Assembly (NCBI GenBank): GCA_038852105.1
Contig: JAWCKK010000005.1
Span: forward strand, 1,899-65,898
From: Thermoplasmata archaeon
GTDB taxonomy: Archaea; Thermoplasmatota; Thermoplasmata; UBA10834; DTMW01
Reading direction: 5' to 3'
DNA: 64,000 nucleotides
Part shown: piece by piece, positions 38,647 through 47,652 of the stretch
Numbering within the stretch: position 1 is the first letter of the stretch
How the letters are laid out: each line of letters starts with the position of its first letter
The notes under the pieces: generated by a model
Told to the model about the DNA's origin: nothing
The model's input: the letters and a program-made list of their open reading frames with translations, nothing else
Database searches by the model: none
Translations under genes and position numbers: made by a program

Positions 38647-39894
38647 GTGTTCAAATTGGGAGACGACCCCGGCGCTTTTAGGGACGAATCAAGGAAAATA
38701 GAGACTATCGAAGAACAGATGAAGCGCATCGCGCTACTCGAAGAGAGAAACCTCGAACTCGTGGAGGAATCACGGAGAATCGAGGGAGAAAAGAGGTTCG
38801 TGGAGGGCGAAATGCTCCGCCTTCAGAAGGAAATGAAGAGGCTGAAGGCTGAGCTGGAGAGGCTGAAAGCGCCTCCGCTTATAATAGGCCAAATCAAAGA
38901 TGTGCTCTCGGATGGCCGAGTGGTTGTGAAGAGCTCGACTGGCCCCGATTTCATAGTCAACATATCGGATTACGTTCCGAAGGACAACATCGAAGTTGGT
39001 GCGAGGGTCGCGCTGAACAAGCAGACGCTCGCCGTGATGGGAGTTCTACCACCGTCTCTCGATCCGATAGTCGTCGGCGCCGAGATAATCGAGAAGCCCG
39101 ATACGACCTACAAGGACATCGGAGGACTGGAACAGCAGATAGTCGAGCTGAGGGAGGCGGTCGAGGACCCCTTGCTCAGACCTGAGCTTTATAAGAAGGT
39201 CGGCATAGACCCGCCGAAAGGCGTATTGCTCGTGGGACCGCCTGGCACCGGGAAGACTCTCCTGGCGAAGGCCGTTGCACAGCAGACCCATGCGACTTTC
39301 ATCAGATTCGTCGGTTCCGAACTCGTCCAGAAGTATATCGGAGAAGGCGCGAGACTTGTCCGGGAGCTGTTCGACCTCGCGCGTCAGAAGGCCCCGAGCA
39401 TAGTATTCATCGACGAGCTTGATAGCATAGGCGCCAAGAGACTCGATATGGCAACATCCGGCGACAGGGAAGTCCAGAGAACCCTTATGCAGCTGCTCGC
39501 AGAGCTCGACGGATTCAACCCGCTGGGAGACGTGAAGATAATCGGCGCCACGAACAGGCCCGACATATTGGACGAAGCGCTGCTGAGGCCTGGTAGATTC
39601 GACAGGATAATCGAAATACCGATCCCGAATGCGGATGCAAGGATCGAGATATTCAAGATTCACATGAGAAGGATGAACATCGACGAGACCGTAGGCGCGC
39701 CCGAGCTCGCGGCAAGGACCGAGGGTGTGACCGGCGCGGAGATAAAGGCTATTTGCACCGAGGCTGGGATGTTCGCTATCCGTGACAACAGGGACACCGT
39801 AACCTTCGCGGACTTCGAGAAGGCGATAACGAAGGTTATGCATCAAGGAGAAGAGCTCCAGAAATCCCCAGAGTCCGGACCGATGTTCGCCTGA
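38647..39894 (+). CDS. pan: Proteasome-activating nucleotidase PAN (AAA+ ATPase)
   Basis: N-terminal coiled coil, OB domain, Walker A GPPGTGKT, Walker B IVFIDELD, second region of homology and a C-terminal tail. Confidence 0.9.
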   Translation: MFKLGDDPGAFRDESRKIETIEEQMKRIALLEERNLELVEESRRIEGEKRFVEGEMLRLQKEMKRLKAELERLKAPPLIIGQIKDVLSDGRVVVKSSTGPDFIVNISDYVPKDNIEVGARVALNKQTLAVMGVLPPSLDPIVVGAEIIEKPDTTYKDIGGLEQQIVELREAVEDPLLRPELYKKVGIDPPKGVLLVGPPGTGKTLLAKAVAQQTHATFIRFVGSELVQKYIGEGARLVRELFDLARQKAPSIVFIDELDSIGAKRLDMATSGDREVQRTLMQLLAELDGFNPLGDVKIIGATNRPDILDEALLRPGRFDRIIEIPIPNADARIEIFKIHMRRMNIDETVGAPELAARTEGVTGAEIKAICTEAGMFAIRDNRDTVTFADFEKAITKVMHQGEELQKSPESGPMFA

Positions 39895-39929
39895 TATGAA
39901 ACAAAGCATCATTGACGAGTAGAATTCAA

Positions 39930-40082
39930 TTAGAATTCTACTTCTTTCTCTATCACGAACGCTCCGACATACTGGCAGTTCTTGCAGTGGTATTTGTATC
40001 CTGTTATCAGTCCGGTCTCGTAATATAGATCTGATGAGCCGCACTGCGGGCACGTCAATATTCTCTTCTTCACGGAGCACAT
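39930..40082 (-). CDS. Small (50 aa) zinc-ribbon protein, not in the ORF track
   Basis: Hand translation gives MCSVKKRILTCPQCGSSDLYYETGLITGYKYHCKNCQYVGAFVIEKEVEF, with C-x2-C-x18-C-x2-C. ATG start, TAA stop, 31 nt downstream of the GPN GTPase gene on the same strand. Confidence 0.45.
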   Translation of the reverse strand: MCSVKKRILTCPQCGSSDLYYETGLITGYKYHCKNCQYVGAFVIEKEVEF

Positions 40083-40113
40083 AATGCAGGAAGTCGCAGA
40101 AAAAGCTACGCAT

Positions 40114-40890
40114 TCAGCGTGGCTCTATATCCTCACCGCCCGCGATGATGTTCTGCGCGAGAGCATAGATATCCTCGAGCCCGGTCATCGTCTCGCTAGA
40201 AACAAAGCATATGGAGCCACTCTTGCCCGTCGCCGTCTCGATCGCTTTTAGGAATTCTATGCTCACCTGATTCTGGGCGCTCGAAACCTCTTCCGATAAA
40301 GAATTGAAAAGTAGCTGATAGTCAGAAGACCAGCTTTCGATCCTTTCGATTTCTTCCGCACTGAGAAGGTCCGCTTTTGAAATCATGGTCAGCATCGGGA
40401 GGCCGAGCCTGAAGCTCGTCGTCGTCGCCAATAGAAGAGAAGAGACGAAGCCGTTCGGATTTCTCGCGAGCATCGGATCTATCAAGAAACAAAGCATGGA
40501 TGTCTCCCTGCCGAAACTCTCGATGATCTTCCTGCTGCTTTCCCTGAATGTGAACAGCTCCAGCTGGCCAGGCGTATCGAAAACCGCATAGTCCGTGTCA
40601 TACTCATCGAGTATTTCCTTGACCTCCGGTACGTTCAGGGCTAGAAGATCCGCGGCTGCGATTTGAGCGCCGTTCGGCCCGAGGCCGTACTCCTGCATGA
40701 CATCCGAAAGCTTGATCCACTCGCGTATATCGATGTCCGGCTCGTACGGCAACTCCTCCGCGCCAGGATCGAGGTTCAGAAGAACGGAGTCGATGCCTTC
40801 GTTCTCGAGGTACTCGTGAAACGCAGCTGTGAGAGTGCTCTTGCCACACCCAGCCGTCCCGATAAAATAGACATTGAAGGCCTCTTCCAA
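40114..40890 (-). CDS. GPN-loop GTPase (Npa3/XAB1 family)
   Basis: Walker A GTAGCGKST, the GPN motif in LLNLDPGAE, the G3 DTPGQ and a TTG start preceded by GAGGTGGGTG. Confidence 0.85.
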   Translation of the reverse strand: MEEAFNVYFIGTAGCGKSTLTAAFHEYLENEGIDSVLLNLDPGAEELPYEPDIDIREWIKLSDVMQEYGLGPNGAQIAAADLLALNVPEVKEILDEYDTDYAVFDTPGQLELFTFRESSRKIIESFGRETSMLCFLIDPMLARNPNGFVSSLLLATTTSFRLGLPMLTMISKADLLSAEEIERIESWSSDYQLLFNSLSEEVSSAQNQVSIEFLKAIETATGKSGSICFVSSETMTGLEDIYALAQNIIAGGEDIEPR

Positions 40891-41222
40891 GCACCCACCT
40901 CGCTACGCGGAGCAATGAGCGGGCCTGAAGGGATATTCGGGCGCTTCGGGCGCCTTTCGAACCCTTGGCCGATCGGTCTCTCTTCTCCAAACAGAGATTA
41001 AGAGCCGATTGCTCTACCTGCCTGAGCTACAGGCCCGCGTGCGCTCATAATAACTGGCCACTAATAAAGTTATCGAAGCATATTCCGCAACATCCAGTCC
41101 CTCCAAAAAGACCTATTCTTTCTGGAAGAAAATGAATGAGAGATTGTTCGGTCAAAAGCATTATCTCCTGAGCGCTTCTGCCTCCCGAACGAAAGCGATT
41201 CATAAACTTATGGAGACGGAAA

Positions 41223-42101
41223 ATGTTCGAGCCCTGGTTATTGTTCGCACTGGTTGCCGTCTTCATGTACGGAACCTCGCAGGCGATAGTGAAGGTCGCG
41301 CTCGGAAACATCTCCGTCGCCACGCTTATAATAATCAATTTCATCATTACGATGCCAATCTATTTGGCCTTTCTTGTAGCCTCTTCGGTGCAAGTAGATC
41401 TATCGCAGTTCAGCCTTCAAGTACTGATGATAGGCTTTCTCGCGGCGTTGCTCGGCAGAGCTGGATACTACACATATCTGGAGGCGCTCGAGAGCGGCCC
41501 GGTGACCATCGTCGGAAGCATAACCGCCGCCTATCCCGCGATCATAACGATACTCGCCTTGACGATACTGCGCGAGAGCATCACGCCGATTCAAGCGTTG
41601 GGCGTCATCCTGGTAATCGGCGGGATAGTCGCGCTGTCGTATTCCGTAAACGGACAAGGGAAAGATAAGAAGCTGTCAAGAAAAGCTATCTTCTATTGCG
41701 GAGCGACGCTCGCGATTTGGGGTATCTGGGGATTGTTCGCGAAGATGGCACTCCTTGTTCTGCCAATCGGCATCTACCTCGGACTATATGCGCTGGCTTT
41801 GCCAATAGTCCTCTCAGGATATATGATCGGCAAGAGAATACCGGTCAGAGACGAGTTCCCGAAATGGTCGCTCCCGGTCACAATAGCGGCGATATCGGTG
41901 ATGATAGGACAGCTCGGGCTGTTCGCCGACACGACGGCTGTTTCCATAGGCAATGCGTCGATAGTATTCCCGCTAATCGCCGCCTACCCAGTAGTCACAA
42001 TCATCGAGGCGCAGGTGTTTCTCAAGGAAGCTCTCGCAAAGAAGGATTTCATCATGATCGCGCTCGTGATTATCGGAATAGTGCTCGTATCTACCGTATA
42101 G
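41223..42101 (+). CDS. EamA/DMT-family transporter
   Basis: Ten predicted TM helices in two 5-TM halves, 292 aa. Confidence 0.7.
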   Translation: MFEPWLLFALVAVFMYGTSQAIVKVALGNISVATLIIINFIITMPIYLAFLVASSVQVDLSQFSLQVLMIGFLAALLGRAGYYTYLEALESGPVTIVGSITAAYPAIITILALTILRESITPIQALGVILVIGGIVALSYSVNGQGKDKKLSRKAIFYCGATLAIWGIWGLFAKMALLVLPIGIYLGLYALALPIVLSGYMIGKRIPVRDEFPKWSLPVTIAAISVMIGQLGLFADTTAVSIGNASIVFPLIAAYPVVTIIEAQVFLKEALAKKDFIMIALVIIGIVLVSTV

Positions 42102-42187
42102 CAACGCTTCTGACCTCACAACAAAGACTATCTATCGGTACTTTCTATAGCTCTCGCAGAGCCTGATAAGAGCGATGGGACTCTCTC

Positions 42188-42952
42188 ATGGAAGTCGCTT
42201 TTCTGGGGAGCAGCAGCAGCGGTAACTCGACTTTGATATTCAGTGAGGACACCCGCGTGCTGATTGACGCCGGACTATCTGCCAAAGAGATAGAAAGGAG
42301 GATAGAATTTCTCGGACACTCCCCGGAAGATGTCGATGCAATCGTTCTTACGCACGAGCACACCGATCACTGCAGGGGCGCCGGGATATTCGCGAGGAAA
42401 TATGATGTCCCGATACGCGCGAACGCGCCGACGATTGCGATGTCCCCGATAGGAAACGCGCGCTTTGAGGAGTTCCATACGCAGGAGGGGTTCTCTATCA
42501 AGGACCTGAGGATAATCGCATTCCCTGTGCCGCATAACGCCGCTGAGCCAGTGTGTTTCGTCATATCGGATCATAGACACAGCATAGGCTTCGCGACTGA
42601 TCTGGGTCGGATCACGAAAATGCTCAGCGGCGTGCTGTTCGACAAGGACCTCCTGATAATCGAGGCAAATCACGACGAAGAAATGCTAAGAGCCGGCCCA
42701 TATCCCGAATTCCTCAAGCGCTCTATCGCTTCCCCCACGGGACATCTTTCAAACAGGCAGACAGCAACGGCGGCTGCAGAGCTCGTGACAGATCGCACCA
42801 AGGGAATCGCCCTCGTCCACCTGAGCGAAGAGAACAATACACCTGAGAAGGCCGAGCACACTGTAAAGAGCGCACTGGCGAGAAGGCTCAAGACGACGCA
42901 TATCCATGCTGCCGAGAGATACAGGATAACAGAACCGATCTCATTGAAGTGA
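42188..42952 (+). CDS. MBL-fold metallo-hydrolase
   Basis: HxHxDH motif (LTHEHTDHCRGAG) and a downstream His/Asp, 254 aa. Confidence 0.75.
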   Translation: MEVAFLGSSSSGNSTLIFSEDTRVLIDAGLSAKEIERRIEFLGHSPEDVDAIVLTHEHTDHCRGAGIFARKYDVPIRANAPTIAMSPIGNARFEEFHTQEGFSIKDLRIIAFPVPHNAAEPVCFVISDHRHSIGFATDLGRITKMLSGVLFDKDLLIIEANHDEEMLRAGPYPEFLKRSIASPTGHLSNRQTATAAAELVTDRTKGIALVHLSEENNTPEKAEHTVKSALARRLKTTHIHAAERYRITEPISLK

Positions 42953-43597
42953 ATGCCTTATCTCGACGGCCTTGTTGTTCTTGAGGAGTATCTCTGCATA
43001 TCTCCTGGGAAGATCGATGACATCTTCCTTCGCCAACTGATAGTTCTTATCTTCACCAGCGATCACTGGCAGGTCTTCCAGTATTCGAACGAGCACGGTA
43101 TCGCGCTTCTCGTCGGAACTCTTTGCTGTCATGACTGGCGGATTCTCACCGATAGGCTGCGATGCGGCCGCTGCGCCAGCCAATTCGAGCCTCGGTTCTT
43201 GGGGAACGGATTCGTCGCACTTCGGGCTCAATGTCTGTCTTCGATGCTCAATAAAGTAGCTCTTGATAGATTCGAACGCTTTCAACTCCTCTGGGGTCGC
43301 GTTTTCAAGTCTGGGCTCGGCACCGAACGCGCTGCTCATGGCCATCAGCACAAGCTTCCGCATCCTGATCTCGTACACTCCCGCGCTCTTCTCCTTCGCG
43401 GTCTTCAACTGGCTCAGGAGCATCCCGGAAATGTCTGCCCCGCTCTTGCTTTCGGAGCATCTCCTATCGAGGGCATCCAGATATGTTGTCACTCGTTGAT
43501 AGAAATCCGAGGGGACCTTCGATAGCGTCGTCTGCCTGGACTCCTGTCGGTAGACAGACATCAGCTCCTCATAAGTCATTTCTGGTTTGCCGGGCAT
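42941..43597 (-). CDS. Conserved hypothetical alpha-helical protein (possibly GINS-like); this assignment is weak
   Basis: N-terminal helical bundle pattern (MTYEELMSVYRQE...FYQRVTTYLDAL...EIRMRKLVL) reminiscent of the GINS A-domain. I recognised no catalytic motif. Confidence 0.3.
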   Translation of the reverse strand: MPGKPEMTYEELMSVYRQESRQTTLSKVPSDFYQRVTTYLDALDRRCSESKSGADISGMLLSQLKTAKEKSAGVYEIRMRKLVLMAMSSAFGAEPRLENATPEELKAFESIKSYFIEHRRQTLSPKCDESVPQEPRLELAGAAAASQPIGENPPVMTAKSSDEKRDTVLVRILEDLPVIAGEDKNYQLAKEDVIDLPRRYAEILLKNNKAVEIRHSLQ

Positions 43598-43699
43598 CCC
43601 GATTCCTCATGTAATTACATCCTCTTAGCATTTTTGCGAAGGCACTGAATAAATAGCTCGCATCCCAATTAGCATAACTGTCGAGGAGAGTATCTCGGG

Positions 43700-44008
43700 T
43701 TGAATAAGAAGATTGCCGCAATAAAAGAAGTCGAGAAGGGAATATACCTCAATTTGAAAGTGAGCGCGAACCAAAAAGAAACGAGAATCGGTGGGATCGA
43801 CATCTGGAGAAACGCACTCGAGGTTTCGATTGGCGCAGCGCCCGTCTCAGGAAAGGCAAATATGGAATTATTGAAGCTGTTGGAGGGGATATTCCCCGAG
43901 GCGAAAGGCGGGATAATCATCGTGAAGGGTCAGAAATCTAGCATGAAGAAAATATTCATACCGATATCATCAACATTGGCTATAGAACGATTAGGGTTGG
44001 ATAGATGA
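43700..44008 (+). CDS. DUF167 (YggU/UPF0235) family protein
   Basis: 102 aa. ...VSANQKETRIGGI..ALEVSIGAAPVSGKANMELLKLL matches the DUF167 GKAN signature. Confidence 0.7.
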   Translation: MNKKIAAIKEVEKGIYLNLKVSANQKETRIGGIDIWRNALEVSIGAAPVSGKANMELLKLLEGIFPEAKGGIIIVKGQKSSMKKIFIPISSTLAIERLGLDR

Positions 44009-44451
44009 CCTCCGAAGCAGAAAGACTGGAGATGCTAGAGGAAATGATAGAAGAGCTCGAGCGGAGGAGCGCCTCAGAGCCTATCATCGTCGAGGGCCCC
44101 AGGGATGTAAGGGCGATGAGAGAGCTCGGCATCACAGGCATCGTGAAATCGATCAATACTGGCAACAGCCTCGTCAATTTCTGTGCAGCTCTGGCTGCGG
44201 AACATGATAGATTCATAATAATGACAGACTGGGATAGAAAAGGAGGGCACATCGCTCAGCTTCTGAGAAAGGGGTTTGAGGCCGCTGACGCGAAATATGA
44301 CGATGCCCTGCGACGGAAAATAGCGAATCTGACGAAGAAAGAACTTAAGGACATTGAAGGCTTCCCTGCATATCTCGACAGATTGAGAAAATCAGTCGAG
44401 CATAGATCGCCATCTGAATCCCGTGAGGAAATGCGGAGGCGAAGAAAGTAA
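44005..44451 (+). CDS. Toprim-domain protein (small primase-like, COG1658-type)
   Basis: IIVEGPRDVRAMRELGI (Toprim E/G) and the IIMTDWDRKG DxD motif, 148 aa, overlapping DUF167 by 4 nt. Confidence 0.65.
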   Translation: MTSEAERLEMLEEMIEELERRSASEPIIVEGPRDVRAMRELGITGIVKSINTGNSLVNFCAALAAEHDRFIIMTDWDRKGGHIAQLLRKGFEAADAKYDDALRRKIANLTKKELKDIEGFPAYLDRLRKSVEHRSPSESREEMRRRRK

Positions 44452-44469
44452 TTTGCATTCACACCGATT

Positions 44470-45807
44470 ATGAAGCGGAGTCGGAATATGATTCCCGAGA
44501 AAATGCTGGACGCCCTTCGGATAAAGACGCTTGATGAGCTGTTCGACGACATCCCAAATAGCGCTCGAATAGATGGACTCAACCTACCTGATGGGATCGA
44601 GGACCTCGAACTCGAAAGAGATGTGACCCGAATACTGGCAAGAAATCGTACAATGGCTGATATTCCGATCTTTCTCGGAGGAGGAGTATACAGGCATTAT
44701 GTTCCCGCGGTCGTAGAAGAGATTCTATCGCGCTCCGAATTGTACACATCGTATACTCCGTATCAGGCGGAGGCGAGCCAAGGAATGCTTCAGGCGCTGT
44801 TCGAATATCAGAGCATGGTGGCCGAACTGACAGGATTGGAGGCGGTGAACTCGAGCATGTACGATTGGTCGACCGCTCTCGGTGAGGCCGCGCTGATGTG
44901 CCACAGAATCAAGCCCGGCAAGAGATTTCTCATCGGAAGGTCGGTTTCTCCTGAAAGAAAGGCGGTATTGAAGACATATTTGGCCGGCATCGGTGCAAGC
45001 ATTAAAGAAATACCGTTTGAGAAGGAATCTGGAAGAATCGATCTTCAAGGCCTGAAATCCGAAATTTCTGATGATGTCTTCGGACTGTATCTGGAAAATC
45101 CGAACTATTTTGGGGTATTGGAAGAGGATGTCGACGAGGTCTCGCCTCTCATCCGAGATGTGCCACTGGTCATAGGGGCCAATCCGCTCTCACTCGCGAT
45201 TCTGAAACCCCCGTCAGAGTACGGGGCGGACATCGTCATAGGTGAAGGACATCATCTTGGGACTAATCCGAATTTCGGTGGGCCGCTCCTGGGAATATTT
45301 GCAACGAAAAAGGAGCACATACGAAAAATGCCTGGGAGAATAATAGGCATGACCGTCGACGCAACTGGGAAGACAGCTTATTGCATGACTCTGCAGACGA
45401 GAGAACAGCACATCAGAAGGGATAAGGCGACTTCGAACATATGCACGAACGAAGCGTTGATGGCTGTCGCGGCAGTCGCCTATCTCGCATCTATCGGGAA
45501 GAGAAAATTGGTGGAAATCGCCTCGGAAAATATCCGAAAGGCGAAAAAATTCGCGGATAGAATTTCATCTGTCAAAGGATTTCGGGCGCCACTGTTCCAG
45601 GCGAATCACTTCAACGAGTTCGTAATGAGGTCAGACACGGGCGCGGAAGAACTCTCGAAACGGCTGTTGTCCAAGGGTGTGCACGGTGGGATTTGTCTGA
45701 ACAAGGACTTTCCAGACCTCGGGGAAAGCATGCTTCTCGCGGTCTCGGAATTGCACTCTGACGAGGATTTCGATCTCTTCGTTTCGGCCTTGGAGGGAGA
45801 AAACTGA
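44470..45807 (+). CDS. gcvPA: Glycine dehydrogenase (decarboxylating) subunit 1, GcvPA
   Basis: N-terminal half of the P-protein with characteristic [11 protein letters not shown], 445 aa. Confidence 0.9.
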   Translation: MKRSRNMIPEKMLDALRIKTLDELFDDIPNSARIDGLNLPDGIEDLELERDVTRILARNRTMADIPIFLGGGVYRHYVPAVVEEILSRSELYTSYTPYQAEASQGMLQALFEYQSMVAELTGLEAVNSSMYDWSTALGEAALMCHRIKPGKRFLIGRSVSPERKAVLKTYLAGIGASIKEIPFEKESGRIDLQGLKSEISDDVFGLYLENPNYFGVLEEDVDEVSPLIRDVPLVIGANPLSLAILKPPSEYGADIVIGEGHHLGTNPNFGGPLLGIFATKKEHIRKMPGRIIGMTVDATGKTAYCMTLQTREQHIRRDKATSNICTNEALMAVAAVAYLASIGKRKLVEIASENIRKAKKFADRISSVKGFRAPLFQANHFNEFVMRSDTGAEELSKRLLSKGVHGGICLNKDFPDLGESMLLAVSELHSDEDFDLFVSALEGEN

Positions 45808-45836
45808 CCTACCGTCAAGCATCGTTTGACGAGCCA

Positions 45837-47276
45837 TTGCTATTCGAACTCGAAACAGAGACTTCGTGCAACGACGACATCCTGAAAGACACGCCTGTCC
45901 CGGATAAATTGAGAAGAAGCTGCCTTGGAATCCCAGACTTGCCCGAGAGGGAGGTCATGAAGCATTTCGTCAGGCTGAGCCAGATGAACTACTCCGTGGA
46001 CACGGGGTTCTATCCGCTCGGTTCCTGCACAATGAAATACAACCCGAAATTGAACGAGAAAATCGCGCGTCTACCTTCGGCGACATTGTTGCATCCCAAT
46101 CAGGACGAATCCACAGTGCAGGGAGCCCTCCAGATAATGTACGAGCTTGAGAAAATGCTCTGCGAGATCGGCGGCGTCGATGCGGTCACGTTGCAGCCTG
46201 CCGCTGGTGCACACGGGGAGTTCACTGGGATGCAACTCGTTAGGGCCTATCACGAGGACAGAGGCGAGTGCAGAAATGATATAATAGTTCCCGAAACTGC
46301 CCACGGAACGAACCCCGCAAGTGCCGCGATGGCAGGATTCGACGTAATAGAACTGCCTTCTAAGAATGGAAGGGTCGATTGCGAAGCGCTGAGGTCCGTT
46401 GTCGGCAAAAACACCGCGGCCATGATGCTGACCAACCCCAACACCCTGGGACTTTTCGAGAAGGATGTTCTACAGATTGCGGACATTTTGCATAATGCTG
46501 GTGCGCTACTGTACTATGATGGCGCGAACATGAATGCGATTCTTGGCAGGACGAACCCAGGGAGGATGAATTTCGATATCGTCCATTTCAACCTCCACAA
46601 GACTTTTTCAACCCCCCATGGCGGAGGCGGCCCAGGCGCCGGCCCGATCGGTGTCAAGAAATTCTTAGAACCCTACCTACCGGTGCCAAGAATCGTAAAA
46701 AAAGGCGATGCCTTCGGATTCGATTATGACCGCCCTAAATCCATAGGTAAGGTGAGGGCATATTACGGGAATTTCGGAGTCTTGCTCAGGGCGTATGTAT
46801 ATATACGGTCTATGGGAGGAAACGGCCTCCGAGAAGTATCGGGAAGGGCCGTTGCGAACTCGAACTACCTCAGGAAATTGCTCGAGACCAGGCTTGAACT
46901 GCCATATCCGGGAAAACGCATGCATGAGTTCGTCCTATCGGGTGACAGACTGAAGGAGAAGGGGATCAGGACATTAGACCTTGCGAAACGAATGTTGGAC
47001 TATGGTGTGCACGCGCCAACGATATATTTCCCGCTGATAGTTGGCGAGGCAATCATGATAGAGCCTACGGAGACGGAATCGATTCAGACTCTTGACAAGT
47101 TCGTGGGAATAATTGATAAGATACTCAGCGAGGATCCGGAGATTATCAAGGACGCACCGCACAACACATCGGTGCGCAGGATCGATGAAGTCAAAGCGGC
47201 AAGGGAGCTAATCCTGAGCTACAAGATGTTGCTCGAGAAGAGGCGGAACGAAAAGGGAGTCGGTCATAATTCCTAG
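45837..47276 (+). CDS. gcvPB: Glycine dehydrogenase (decarboxylating) subunit 2, GcvPB
   Basis: PLP-lysine region ([16 protein letters not shown]), 479 aa. Confidence 0.9.
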   Translation: MLFELETETSCNDDILKDTPVPDKLRRSCLGIPDLPEREVMKHFVRLSQMNYSVDTGFYPLGSCTMKYNPKLNEKIARLPSATLLHPNQDESTVQGALQIMYELEKMLCEIGGVDAVTLQPAAGAHGEFTGMQLVRAYHEDRGECRNDIIVPETAHGTNPASAAMAGFDVIELPSKNGRVDCEALRSVVGKNTAAMMLTNPNTLGLFEKDVLQIADILHNAGALLYYDGANMNAILGRTNPGRMNFDIVHFNLHKTFSTPHGGGGPGAGPIGVKKFLEPYLPVPRIVKKGDAFGFDYDRPKSIGKVRAYYGNFGVLLRAYVYIRSMGGNGLREVSGRAVANSNYLRKLLETRLELPYPGKRMHEFVLSGDRLKEKGIRTLDLAKRMLDYGVHAPTIYFPLIVGEAIMIEPTETESIQTLDKFVGIIDKILSEDPEIIKDAPHNTSVRRIDEVKAARELILSYKMLLEKRRNEKGVGHNS

Positions 47277-47611
47277 CCGAATCTGTCTTTGCTGTTTTCG
47301 ACCGGGTATTTCGCTTCGTTAAGCGCGATTTTTCTCAGTACGGCATCTCCAAGGTCGAATCCGCAGGCGTTCGCGAGCGATAATGCATAAATCGCGACAT
47401 CGGCCACTTCCATTCTGATCTTCTCGAGATCGGCATCCGAGAGATCGTTACGAGCGTCCTTCCATAGGAACAATTCGAGAAGCTCCGATGCTTCTACAGA
47501 AAGTGCTATCGCGATATCCTTGGGCCGATGATATTTTTTCCAGTCTCTCCTTGTCACGAAGCTATCGATCGCCGCTGCGAGCTCCCTGATTGTAACATCG
47601 CTCAACCTCAT
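47273..47611 (-). CDS. MazG-like nucleoside triphosphate pyrophosphohydrolase
   Basis: EAxE-type metal-binding helices ([19 protein letters not shown]), 112 aa. Confidence 0.75.
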   Translation of the reverse strand: MRLSDVTIRELAAAIDSFVTRRDWKKYHRPKDIAIALSVEASELLELFLWKDARNDLSDADLEKIRMEVADVAIYALSLANACGFDLGDAVLRKIALNEAKYPVENSKDRFG

Positions 47612-47652
47612 GCCCCCTCTGTGATGATACCTGAGGCAAAACTCTCTGACAG

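Noticed and set aside
39046-40113. 355-aa minus-strand ORF
   Set aside because: It is entirely antisense to pan and has no recognisable domains. The real small gene in this region is the 50-aa zinc-ribbon ORF in another frame at 39930..40082.
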